Positions 26,511 to 39,180 of a DNA stretch of 64,000 bases are shown piece by piece. The translations under genes and the position numbers were made by a program. The DNA is taken from contig JAAOMT010000128.1 in the NCBI GenBank assembly GCA_016748015.1, positions 2,487,538 through 2,551,537 on the forward strand, given 5' to 3'. Under the pieces are notes generated by a model. It made no database searches. It was not told where the DNA came from and saw only the letters and a list, made by a program, of their open reading frames with translations. This DNA comes from Geosiphon pyriformis uo1. Lineage: Eukaryota; Fungi; Glomeromycota. Position 1 is the first letter of the stretch, and every line of letters begins with the position of its first letter.

Positions 26511-29500
26511 TACTAGATGCAGCCTTTAAATTCACAACAAAGGAGTTATTAGCTAAAAAAATGATAATATAAACTAACAAAAAAAAAATAAAAACTTATT
26601 TTTTAAAAAATACACTTTTTAAAGATTTTTTTGGAAGTAAGAGAGAAAAAAGTTTTTTTTTTGAATTTTTTTATTAATTAAAAACAAATTATTGTTTTTT
26701 ATTATGTGTTAAAAATCAAGTTTTTATATTATTATGTGTTATCTTGCATTATTTTAAGTTATTATATATTATTTTGTATTATTTTATATTATTATATTTT
26801 TTTATATTATTATATATTAATCACATTTTTTTAATAATTTTGGATTGGTTTTTTTACTTGGATAATATTTTTTTTTAGAATTAAGCTTCTGTAAAATTGT
26901 ATGTATTTATAAAAATTGTTTTTTTAGTATAATATTTAATTATTGTATTAAGTATTGCTTTTTATAAGTCTTTAAACTGTAAATTTGTTATTTATTTTAT
27001 GTTGTTAACTATATTAATTTTTAATAAATTGTCTAATAGTATAATTAAACAACATTTAAATATTGAATACAATTGGTATATTGTCTTGTAATATAGTATC
27101 AAATTGTTTCTTCTGACAAAATTTTCTACTTGTTTAAAAGCTTTTTTATTAAATATTTGTTTGTTAATGTTTAAGTATAGTGTTTGTAAATCTAGTCTTT
27201 TGCCAATTCTAAAAAATTAGTAAACTAGTAAAAGTTTTTCTTTTTAAGCTTTGAAAATTTCCAGTATTTAGTTTTTTATGTTTGGTTTTATGGCTAACTT
27301 GTTCAAAGCTTCTTTTATTTTCTTAAATATACAAGATCATAAATTTTTTTTTTCTCTCTTAATTATTTATAAAAATAAAAATACTCAGTTTTAATTGAAT
27401 TTTTGCTCATATTTCTCTTATTTATATTTCTGTATTATATTTTTTTTTATTAATTGTAATTTCTATTGGTGTTATAAATTGTTGAATTGTTTCAAATAAT
27501 TGTTGTAAAAGTTTTAAGATTTTGTTTAAGAAATTTATATTATAAGTATTATTAACTTTTTTTTTGTCTTCTTAATATTTATATATTTATTTTATGTAAT
27601 TTAAATTGTTATACATAGATTGTATTTAATAATAATAATTGATTTTAGATTTTATAATATATTTTTTAGTCTAATTAATGGAATTTGTGTTCTTAGTTAA
27701 AATATAAATAATGATAATTCTTGTATTATATAATAAATTTTTAACCAATTTTCATATATAGCTTTTTTTAAATTTCTGTTTTTTAATTGTAATTTATAAG
27801 CTTTATTGTTTAGAACTTTGTATATGTAAAATAATCTGTTCTATTTTGGGTCAAACTTTTTATTCCACTATTTTTAGTTTTAATACAATATAATAATACT
27901 TGGTCTTCAATTTTAAATTTAACTGATTGATTTGATAAATGATTATTATGTCTTTTTTTTTGTTATTTTAAGTATTATTAATATTGTTAAATGCTGTTTT
28001 ATGAATGTTTTTCAATATTTCTATAAGTTAATATGTTTTTTGGTACAAGATAACTTCAAAATTTTTTTAGTAATTGTTTTTGTTAAAAAAAAAGATATTT
28101 TTTATTTAATATATAGTGTGGCTTTTCTTTATAAACTAGTTTGAATAATGTAAACTGGATAGTATTTTGTTTTAATATTTAGTATATAAATAATACAAAA
28201 GATATAAATAAGTCCTATTCTTGTGCATTTTCATAACTTATTTTTGCTAATGCTTTACACAGTGTTTAGTTAAATTGTTCTACCAGTCTATTTGTTTGTA
28301 AGTAATAAAATAACAATAAAAATCATTTTATTCCAAATTATTGGCTTAGTTCAGTTAGTATACTATTAACAAAATATGTTTTTTGGTTGAATAACAATTT
28401 TTTTGAACATTTATGATAGCAAATTAGATCTTAATGTACAAATTTGACTACTGTTTTAATATTGGCCACTTAAATTGCTCTGGCTTCTGGCCACTTGATA
28501 AGGTAGTTTATAGCTACGGCTATATAACAATTTCCTTTAGATGTAATTAAAAAAGAACTAATTAAATTGATCTTTATTTTATTAAATAAAATTCTAATTA
28601 AAATAGATCAAAGTGGTTCTATTGTTCTGGTTCCTTTTTTTTGTTGGCATGAGTCATAATTACGAACATATTCAAAAATATCCTTATATATTATTGGCCA
28701 ATAGTATAAATTTATTATTTTTTCTAGAGTAATGTCTTTGTTGAAATATCGTGTGGTTGGATTAAAGTGCATATTATGCAGAACAGTTTCTTTTTTATTG
28801 TTTTTTATAACTTATTATAGAGTAATGCAGTTTTAGTGTTCTTGATAATATAGTTGGTTGTTCTAAATAAAATAATTATAAGCTTGTTTTTGTATACTAC
28901 TTTGTTTTTGTTAAGATAATAACTCTTTGAACTAAAGTATTAATAAATACTAGTGTAATTGCTAATAGATAGTTGTATCCATGAGTTTGAAATTAAATTT
29001 GCATCATCCTTAACAAACTATCAGTATTGGTATTCTTGGATTCTTTTTTATAATAAACTTTGTATGGAAATTGTTGCAGATAAATACTTTATTGTGTATA
29101 TTTTTTTTTAGTTATAGTTTACTAAATAACTAAATAAGCTCTTTATGATTAGTGTATAGATCAAATAGTTGATAAAAATAGTGTTTTCAATTTTGTACTC
29201 TCTAGTAGATAGCAAAGCATTCCAAATCTGTTGTGTTATATATTTTTTTCATTGTACTGATACTGTGACTGGCCTAAATGATTGGATGCTTTCTATTGTC
29301 TGATCTAATTTGTAAGAAAATAGCTTCTAGTGCATTTTTCAAAGCATTTGTAGTAACAATAAAACATTTATTAAAGTCTAAATAAATCAATATTGGTGTT
29401 TTTATTAAGTGTTGTTTGAAATAATCAAATGCCTTTTGCTGTTTTTTTCTCTATAGGTATAGAACATGTTTTGATAGTAAGTAATAAAAAAGTTTTGCAA

Positions 29501-30507
29501 TGTTAGAAAAGTCTTTAACAAACTGGTAATAATATTTTGCCAGTCCTAAAAATTTTTGTAATTCTCACAGATTAATTAGGACTGAGAAATTTTTAACTTT
29601 CTGAATTTTATCTGAATTGAATTTTACTTTATTTTTGCCTATTACATATTGTTATAAGTGATTATTTGGGGTCTCAAAGCAAATAACAAATCCATAACTT
29701 GGTATTTAATTGATATCTTGATGTTAGTAGTTGCTGAAGGTTTTGTTGATCTGAAGGTTTTGTTGTGAAGTTCTTTGTATAATGGACAGAGATTTAATAG
29801 TTGTCTTCTTAGTAGTCTGTTGGAATTACAATTCTGTTGAATTTTTTTCTCAGCATAGTGGTTGGTAATCTGACAGAGATGCTCTTTTGGTAAGCTATCT
29901 TTAAATTCTTAAATTATATACCTTTCTTTTAGAGTTTTTTATCAGGCTATCCTTAACTTCAATAACTTAGCATTTTAATCCTTTAATCAATTAGTCAAAC
30001 AAAAAAAATAACAAAGAAAATAAAAGAAATAAGTCAAAGCAGTTTGCATATTAGTATCTTATCAATAGCCATGATTAAAAACTATTGTTTTAGTGTAGTT
30101 AAGTATCAATTATTATCAACATGAAAGATTGATAATAAAAAATAGATTAAAATAATAAATAATTATTTATTTGATATTTGTGAATGAAAAGATTGCTTAG
30201 ATCAAATCTAAACTAAGAAGTCTGTTTTTTCTGCTTCTAATACTACTGCTATATATACCTAATTTATGTTCTATAAGATCACTCATATTTCCAAGCAATA
30301 TGCTATGATTTTTTGAGCAATGCTCACATTGCTGAACAATGTGTTCTAATTTTCTAATATTACTCTACATTGCTGAGTGATATGCCATAATTTCTGACAT
30401 TACTCTACATTACTGAGCAATGTGTTCACATAATAACTCTTACTTCTTTATTGGTCTACTATTTTTCTATATTTGTTTTCTCTTATGAGTAACATTATCT
30501 CCTCCTT

Positions 30508-30910
30508 TTAATATTGAGCTTCATCAAAATCCTTATTTTGAATTATGTCAAATACTTTTTTTTCAAGTAGTGTCTGTTTCACCCTACTTTTTATTTCTTC
30601 AATTTGTGAGTTGTTTATTCTTCCCCATTGGTTAATGGTTATTGTTTCCATGTCAGAGTGTAACAATACTTCTGGGTAGTTTTGAAATATAGTGTGTAGT
30701 CGATAAATGGTTTTGATGTGTAATGTCAAGTTTGTTTTCTTTCTGATAATGTTTTCAATATTTCAAATTATCTCTTGATTAAAGATTCTCTTGGATTTGT
30801 CAAGATATAACTTCTGAATATCTACTTTTCATCCCAATTAGTAGTAGCAGTATGGTATTGGAAGTTGGTCTAACCATTGGTTCTAATTTTTCTTCATCAG
30901 TTCTTCTGTT
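30508..30910 (-). pseudogene. C-terminal part of the retroelement's extra 3' ORF
   Basis: Ends DFDEAQY*, matching DFDGAQY* just before the PPT of the element at 22458-22481. Confidence 0.7.
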
Positions 30911-32255
30911 AGACCCATGATAGTAAATATGTTTAAGAATGTTGTTTGGAAAAAATAAAATCAAAAACTTGTTGTTTGTGCAATATGACAGTTGAGGTTG
31001 GGTCAGAATTGGATGTGGTACTGAACCTGTCAGTGGTTAAATTGACTGATTTTGTGAATATAGTAGATGAAACTTTGAACAAAATAAATACTGTTGTGGA
31101 TGATTTGGAATTTGAAACAAAACATGGTGTCAGGAAATGTGATATGACACCATATCATCATTGTCTGTTAAATAAGTATAATAAAACTTTAAATAATAAA
31201 AGTTATAAAAGTAGATTGACTCATAAGTTAGGTTATAATTTGAAGCAAGTTAAAATGTTAGAATGTTTGGAAAACACATCAGATGAATATGTTTCAAATT
31301 TACAGCCTATTTATCTTGTTACTAAATCAATGTTTTTGAATTATTTGAAGAAAAATAATTCAGAGACTGATCTGAATTTTGGTGAATTGAATACCAATAT
31401 TAATAATGTTGTTACGGAAATAGTTGAATTAACTAAAATCATGAGAGTTTTGAAAGCAAATATTCTGGTACAAGGACCATTTAGTACTGGTAAGTCAAGA
31501 GTACCTAAAAATCAGATGACAAAAAGAGATTTGATCATAACAGCTACTTGCAAGAATAAAGAAGAATATTGTAAGGATAAAAATTTTAAGAAAAGTGGTG
31601 CTATTTGTTTAACATATGCAAGTGTTTTATTGGAATTAAACAATAATCAAGACAAATATAAAAGAGTCATAATAGATGAGTATTATTTAATCAATCCATT
31701 AATGATCATGTGTTATTTGATCTTGGTGAGAAAAAATGATATATTGGTATGTGCAGTTGGTGACAAAAAACAAATCAAGTTTGTGAATAGATCAAAAATT
31801 AATTGTGATACAAAGAAGATTTTTGAAATGATTAACAAAAGATTTTTTTTCAACTTTGTGACACTATGGATTACTAATAGAACTGAACAAGATGTAACTG
31901 AATACACAAAAGGTAGTCTATTTAATTATGACTTGATTTCAACAAATCTCAAACTGGTTACTATTTTTGTGATAAAAGATTCTGCAAGAAAACAAATTGC
32001 CAAGTCTGTCAATCAAATTATGATGTATAATTAAAGACACAAAGAAGATTTGATCACTGAATTTAAGTAGATTGGAAAGACCAACAGCATTCACAAGTCC
32101 CAAGGTATAATGGTCAAGACTTCATATATTGAATTAAAGACTTCTAATAAACCTGCCATAATAGCAAAACCTGAGTACATAAATGTAGCTATTACCAGAT
32201 TAATAGAAGCCGTTTACATGACTCAGGCTATGTATAATATGGTGTTTTCAGTTTT
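30911..32255 (+). pseudogene. Endogenous viral element: viral superfamily-1 RNA helicase (alphavirus-like supergroup)
   Basis: ILVQGPFSTGKS (I), VIIDEYY (II), AVGDKKQI (III), TNRTEQDV (IV). Past the in-frame stops at 32032 and 32068 come SIHKSQG (V) and YINVAITR (VI). Confidence 0.93.
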
Positions 32256-33772
32256 TTGGGTGTAGACAAGCTCAAGAACATGATGTTTGTTAAGAATTGG
32301 TATAATATTAATGGTGCTCAACATATGTCTAAGATTCTTCAACCAGAAAATCACACTATAAGAAACACTATAAATGTTTTTGATACAAGCCATGAATTTA
32401 TCGATAAGTTATTGGGTGATATAAACAAAGATCATCCAAGTATGATGTCATTTATAGAAAAATTTGAATCTAGTAATTTAGCTGGACTGAAATGTGTTAA
32501 TTCTGTTATCATTCGAAAATCAAAATTACAGGCAAAAATGCAGATGAAACATTGTTATAGAGGTTTATCTCATGCTTTGAACTAATCTAATAAGGCACCA
32601 AAGTTCAAAATTTATACTTTCATTAAGAGATATTGTGATAGAATAAATAAAACTTAATTGGAACAAATGCCATATTCTAGAGCATTATTAATGGCTTTTA
32701 AACAGGCCTATTTATCTGAGAAAAGAATGGCTTATGTTGCTAAAGTGTCTAATGATGAGATGACAGCTCTTTATGAATATTTGTCTGGATTAAATGATAT
32801 TAGATTGGGGCAGATAAAGTATTTAGATCATCATGAATTGTTGAGAACACCTTATCAAGCTTATTGCAAAAATCATATTGCTAGTAAGAATGAGAAATGG
32901 ATTAATATAGCTACTAAAACAGAACAAGGTATTATTTATATGCATAAACATATTAATGTATTTTTCTCATACTATTCTCAAGCAGTTATAATGAGGTTGC
33001 AATACATATTAAAGGATAATATTGTCATTGAGATGGGTATGAATAAGTGGCAACTACAATATTGTTTGAAAAGATGCAATTTTAAAGATGAAAAATATTG
33101 TCAAGTTGAAAATGATTTTTCTGAGTATGATGCTACTTAGGGCAAGGAGTTGAAAGATTTTGAAGCAGATTTGTTAAGACTATTGGGTTAGACTGGATCG
33201 GATGCAGATATACATGAATTATATGATACTCAGTGAACTACAAAAACTAATAATGACATGTTAAGAATGAGTTAATCATACATGACTAAATTGGAATTGG
33301 ATACTACTTTATTTGGTAATACAGTTCGTAATATGGCTATGACTGCTTTGATGATAGATTTTGTTAAATCTGAATTGATGGTTGCAATTTTCAAAGGTGA
33401 TGATTCATCTTTAATTTTTAAAACAGTAAAATATTTAATGCCACCCAAAGTTCTTTCAGTAATATACAGTGTAAAGATGAAATATTTTATTAATAGACCG
33501 ACTTATTTTGCATCAAAATTTTATAATAATGATTGTTTACCATTACCTGATTTAGTTAAGTTTGTGGTGAAATTGACTGGGTGTAAATACGAACCCAAGT
33601 TGTTTGATAAACAATTGGAAGAACATTTTATAGCATATAATGATATTATTGATTTGATAGTAAATTACACACAAATAAAGAGATTAGCATTGGATATGTC
33701 ACTTTATTATCATATTAAATACACAAAAGCTTTGCAATTAGTAAACGTGGTTATGAATTGTATAAAATCTAT
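32256..33772 (+). pseudogene. Endogenous viral element: RNA-dependent RNA polymerase, Hepelivirales-like
   Basis: KTEQGI...KHINVFF, ENDFSEYDAT*G (motif A), TKLELDTTLFGNT (decayed motif B), AIFKGDDS (motif C), LPDLVKFVVKL. One reading frame broken only by TAA/TAG/TGA stops explainable as single transitions. Confidence 0.93.
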
Positions 33773-36700
33773 AGAAAATAAAAAAAATAAGCCAAAGCAG
33801 TTTGCACATTAGTATTCTGTCAATAACCATGATCAAAAGCTATTGTTTTAGTGTGGTTAAGTATTAATTATTATCAACATGAAGGGTTAATAGTGAAAAG
33901 TAAATTGAAATAGCGAATAATTATTTATTTAATATTTGTGAATGGAAAGGTTGCTTAGATCAAATCTAAACTGAGAGATCTGTCTTTTTTGCTTCTAATG
34001 CTACCACTATATATACCTAATTTATGTTCTATGAGATCACTCACATTTCTGAGCAATGTGCTATAATTTCTTGAGCAATACTCATATTGCTGAGCAATAT
34101 GCTCTAATTTTCTAACATTGCTCCATATTGCTGAGCAATGTGCTGTAATTTTTAACATTGCTCTACATTACTGAGCAATATGCTCATGTGCTAACTCCTA
34201 CTTCCTTATTGGTCTACTATTTTTCTAGATCTGTTTTCTTTTATAAGTAACAATGTCTTAAAAATTTAAGTTTAGTTTTTCTAAAGAAATATTTATCAGA
34301 GTTAAGTTTTAGTTCAGCATTCTGAAGGTAGTCAAAGACTTGTTAAAAGTAGAGCAAGTGGTTATTGAATATTTCAGAAAATACATTAGTGTTATTTAGA
34401 TATATTATAACTGATTTCCAAAAAAATTTCTTGTATATAATATTTATAAGACATTGAAAAGTAGTGGAAACATTGTAGAGTCCAAAGAACATTATATTGA
34501 ATTCAAAATTTCTGTTTTGTGTAGTAAATGCTGTTTTTTTTTGTTTTTGAAATTTATTTCAACTTGCCAATATTCACTGGCTAAGTCCAATAATGAAAAT
34601 TATTTTTTCTTTTCTAAATTATCCAAAATTTCTTGAATCAGAAAAGTAAAATAACTATCTTTTTAAATAATGCTGTTTAACTTTCAGTAGTTTATGCAAA
34701 ACCATATTTTTTCATTTTTTTGGTAACTAATATGATTGAGAAAGACCAAGGGCTTAACAATTTTTTGATTAATCTATTATCTAGTATTTGTTGTATTTTC
34801 TGTTTAATCAGGTTATTGCCTACTAAAATTATTTGATAAATTTGTTGTTTAATAAGTTATGTATCTTCTATGTCAATTTGGTATTTCACAATATTAATAC
34901 ATCTGAATTTATTTTCACTGACAAAAACATCAGCATATTGTTTCAAGAAAACTTTGAGTTGTATTTGTTGCAGAATACTCAAGTTTCTTAAATTTAGTTT
35001 AGCAATTTCTTTAAATATAAACAAATAACTTTCTTTTGGCAAATTTTATACTTGTAAAATAATATTGCAGAATAAAAACAGTTGTGCAAAGTCCAAAATA
35101 GGTTGTGGTTTCTTGGAATTCTGAATGTTGAAAGAAATAAAACCAACAAGAGTTTTTTTGGAAATTTTAATAACATTTTTAGTGGAGTTGTGGATGAAGA
35201 TTTTAAAATATTTATAAGTCTTAATAAGAATATATAGATTAATAACATTAGCTAAACAACAGATTTTTAGATCAGCTTTAAATAATAATGTTTGGTCTTG
35301 AATCTTCTAATCCACTTTGAAAATGTACTGTTGATGTGAGAAAATGGAGATAACTGTATTAGTATAAATGAATTCTATTTTGTTATTGTCTTTTTTTACA
35401 AAATTAATTAGTACATTTCCTTTTTTACTTAATTCAAATCCATTAATATCTTTAGCAGTAAAGTCTAGTTTTCACATAATGTGATTGAGATTAATTGTAA
35501 TATTTTTATAAAGAGTAAAAAGATAGCTTAAGCAATTTTTTTTTGTAATTTAATTGTATAAGATTTATTGAAATTGTTTTGTAGCATGACAATGATGTTT
35601 TCTATGTATTCAACATCAATAATTCTTTCTTTTATGTTAATTTCTTTTTTTGCAAGGTTCGACTGTAAGACAACTTAAATTATAGTACTAACAGAAATTT
35701 CTAAAGCTATTTTGAGATCTATTTTTACAAGAGAGTGTAAGACTATAACTACAGAAGATTGTTTGAAATATTTTAAATCAAATTCATTATTGTTTTCATG
35801 TGTTTTTTCAGAGCAGATTTTTTTGTTGTTGTTGTTATACTATTTTAATTTTAATTTTTTGGAAAAATTAAAATAAGCAAAATACTAATCTATTTTAGTA
35901 GCATCACTTGGCTCTTGAAACAACATATCTTTAGCATTAAATTCATATTTTTCTTCTGGTTCTGGTAATTTAATAATAAAATATAGTGTTTTTAAAAGTA
36001 GATTAAATATGAGTTCACACTCATCACAATACTAAAAATGACAAAAAATTAAGCAATAATTACATAGTTTTGTATTGAGATCTGTTAGTTTCTGTTTCTG
36101 TTTTTTTCAGATTGGAGCCAGTTCTTAGTACTAGTTTTGAAATACTTCAGAGTCATTCATAAATATATTATCTATTTCTTTAATTATTATTGGGGCATTT
36201 TTTATAATGCATATTTTTTTAATTGTAATATTTTCTCATTAGGCTGTAGCCATTTTTCAAATTTTCTCTTCATTGTAAAAGTATAAGTCCAATCAATTTA
36301 TTGTTTGACTATAAACTATAACAAATGAAATTTTTTTTCAAACCCAGTTATTAATTAGGATAGTATACTAACAAGATTTGTTATATGTTCTTCCTTTGCC
36401 TAAGACATTATTTTATAATTCTTTATTTGGTAGAATTTTATCACAGATAAGACATAGTATATTGTTTTATTGCCTTGTTATTTAAGTTGTCTATATTATT
36501 TTAATACATAAAGTCAGCAGTAATATTTGGTGGCTGTTGGTCATACTTTATCATCTCTATTACAAGTGTCTATTGAAGACAACTTTTTTTCATAATTGAC
36601 ACAGATTAATTTAAGGGATTGATAGGGTTGTTCTCTTTAATTCAGACTTAGATAGATTGGTGGTAATTTAGAGATTCTTCATTAGCCTTTCTTTTACTAT

Positions 36701-38226
36701 TTTTTTTTTAGATAGAAAGCAGTAATAGTTTTGTCTTGTAATCATCAGTTAACAAAACTTGGTAAGTTTTTAATGTTGGTAGTGGCACTATTTCTTTAAA
36801 TTTGATTAATAATTAATCTAAGTTTTGGGTTCTGAAATGTCTATACATGGCAGGTACTTGAGCATATTGCTTATTAAAAATAATTTGAAATTCTTGTGTG
36901 TTTTAGTCAATAGTGGTATAAGCTTTTAATAGCCAATTGTTTTCTACAAAGACTTAATATTAGATGGCTTTTATAATGAGTATCTTAATAGAGATTTAAA
37001 TTCTATTAATTTTAAAGGGAAAATTATTAATTTCTCTTATTAAAGTTTTGATATTCCCATCTACAGTAATTATTTGAGCAGTGGAAGTATAGTCTACTCA
37101 ATAACCTAGTTGGTCTATAAGTTGTTTTATAATAATACTATCTGTAGATTCACTATTAAGTATTAATTTAATGTTTATTTGTTCTGCTTTAGTATTAGTG
37201 TACATTGTTGTAATTGGCTTATCCTAATTAATAGTGGCTTCTCTAAAAAGGTTAGTAGTGTTCAGATTATCAATATCATATAGAAATATTGTAGTGAGAG
37301 TATTATTCTTGGTGATTGTGGTAAATGAAATTGTATTGGTAAACAAGTTACTGTTTTGAATAGAAGAATTGCTGATTTTAACTATACTTTTTTCTTCTAA
37401 AGATACAATATTACCAAAATTTGGGGTTTCAGTAAGACCCAAATATGAGAGCTGGTTAGAATATCTAGTTTGTATTACTTGTGATAATATGTTGTCTCAA
37501 TTTACTGGTTAAGATGGCTTATTAATAGATTGTATCTGATTTTCACTAGTGTTTTGCCATTTTTAATTGTAGTTAATTGTTTAAAGTCTGAGATAGCTAT
37601 ATATAAGAGCTTGATATTGAGACATTGTTTACACTATTGCTTGTAATAACTGATAGTAATTTTGGGGTGATTAATACAAGTACTATAGTGGCTAATATTG
37701 GGATACAGAATATTGGGGTTCTATGACTTGAGAATATCTTTATTGTTGTAGATATTGGTTTTCTTAGTTTTGGTCTGCTATTTTTTTTTAGCAATTCCAG
37801 GCAATATGTTTGGGTTTCTAATAGTAATAACAATTGTGAAGATCTGATTTCCAAGATTGTTATTGTTAATTTTATTGGTGTTAATATCAATTGTTGTTGT
37901 CTCTACATTGTGATGGTTAATAGGTTTCTGCTGTTTTGGTTAAAAATCTCTCAATTTTTTGAATTAATTTCTTATTTAATTGGATAAGCTTAGTGTTAAT
38001 ATCTAAGATTCCATTTATGGCCAAATTAACAGCTTAAGTATGATTGGCTTTTTGTTCCACTGACTTAAACTTACAAGCCAAAGTAATAGCATCTTATAAT
38101 GTAATTAGATAATAAAATTTTATGGATTATAAAATGCTGCTCTTTAATCTTTTAATGAATTAGTTGAGAATTTGTTTTAGGATATAATATTCTCTTTCAA
38201 TCATCTATATTTGTTAAAGAACTTGA

Positions 38227-39180
38227 TGTTATCAGTAGAATTTTAGCTATTAATTAACATAAAATTACTTTTTTAATTTCTAGTATTAATTAGTATATAT
38301 TATTATTATTTTAATTATTACTTATTAGTTAATCAAATTATTGAATATCACTATTTAATTAATAATCCAATTTGTACTATAGAAATTAAAATGATTAAAT
38401 TACACAATACTTTGAACCATTTAATATTCAAAAATTCGCCAAAATTGGTAAAAATTGGCCAAAATAATTAATAATTTGTAGAAATAACTTGTAGTTTGTC
38501 GAAATATATCTTTAGTTTGCCAAAATTATAGCAAAGAAAAAAGTGCAAATTTAAAAACTAATATTACAACAAGTTGTATAAAAGAAGAACTTTTTTCTTC
38601 AAGAAAATGTATTTTACTTTAGATATCTTAATAAGAACAAATTATCTCTTACATATTTTTACAAAATTAAATAAAAATTAAATATTTAAAAACCAAATCC
38701 TTAATTATTATACTTGAAATTCACAAAAATCCAACTAATATTTTGAAATTAATTAGCTACCAATTTCAATAATCTGTTAATAACTTCAGGCCTGAATAAA
38801 AAATGTTTTCCTTGACAAAATTTTATTTTCTTTTATATTTCTTTTATTTTCTTTTATTTTTTTTATTATAATTATTAAAGTAGCCTACAGATAAAATTTC
38901 TGTAGAAGAGTTGACTTTTACAGCAAAGTAACTATACATTTTAGTTAGCTTTCAGACAAGCAATTCCTGAGGAAGAGTTGATGTTTACTACAATGTAACT
39001 ATATAAAATAATTGGTATAAAATTGATCATTCCATTTATAAGCCCAGTAGTTCAAATTATCTCTTATAATTTGAAGATAAATTCAGTTATTAAAGATTTA
39101 TTAACTTCTAGAAACCATGAATTCACAACAAATAGACATTAACAATATTCAAGAAAAAAGACCAAAAATTTTCAGTAATA
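38227..39180 (+). mobile_element. Solo LTR, family B (older), inserted in gag of the family-D element
   Basis: Reverse complement of 49859-50828. tgttatcagtag...cagtaata ends. TSD TTGA/CTGA. Confidence 0.88.

Larger units (their letters stand above)
10699..26720 (-). mobile_element. Full-length decayed LINE (LINE-b), split by a Gypsy element (15154-23314) and a solo LTR (23910-24883)
   Basis: ORF1 (~26510-23650) with CEKCGKFGHSALEC zinc knuckle. ORF2 with APE endonuclease (TCNVRSMNN, VTETKL, VLGGDFN, SDH), RT (QDMCKAYDSV, AFVDDTI), RNase H (YTDSS, EMQTV, FSDSQ) and CVHCGEMEFSDHNFVC. Poly(T) on + strand at ~10699-10707. 5' boundary approximate. Confidence 0.88.
29650..34252 (-). mobile_element. 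Chimeric LTR element (family-A related) whose interior is replaced by RNA virus cDNA
   Basis: Full 3' LTR 29650-30494, PPT 30495-30509, extra-ORF tail 30508-~30910, viral block ~30911-33772, truncated 5' LTR 33773-34252. TSD ATAT (29646-29649) / ATGT (34253-34256). Removing it restores KFLRH-VIG in the host RT. Confidence 0.9.

Noticed and set aside
30946-33812. Contaminating live virus contig or functional replicase
   Set aside because: Multiple stops, a frameshift, the host-type transition decay and TSD-bounded LTR flanks indicate an old integrated pseudogene.
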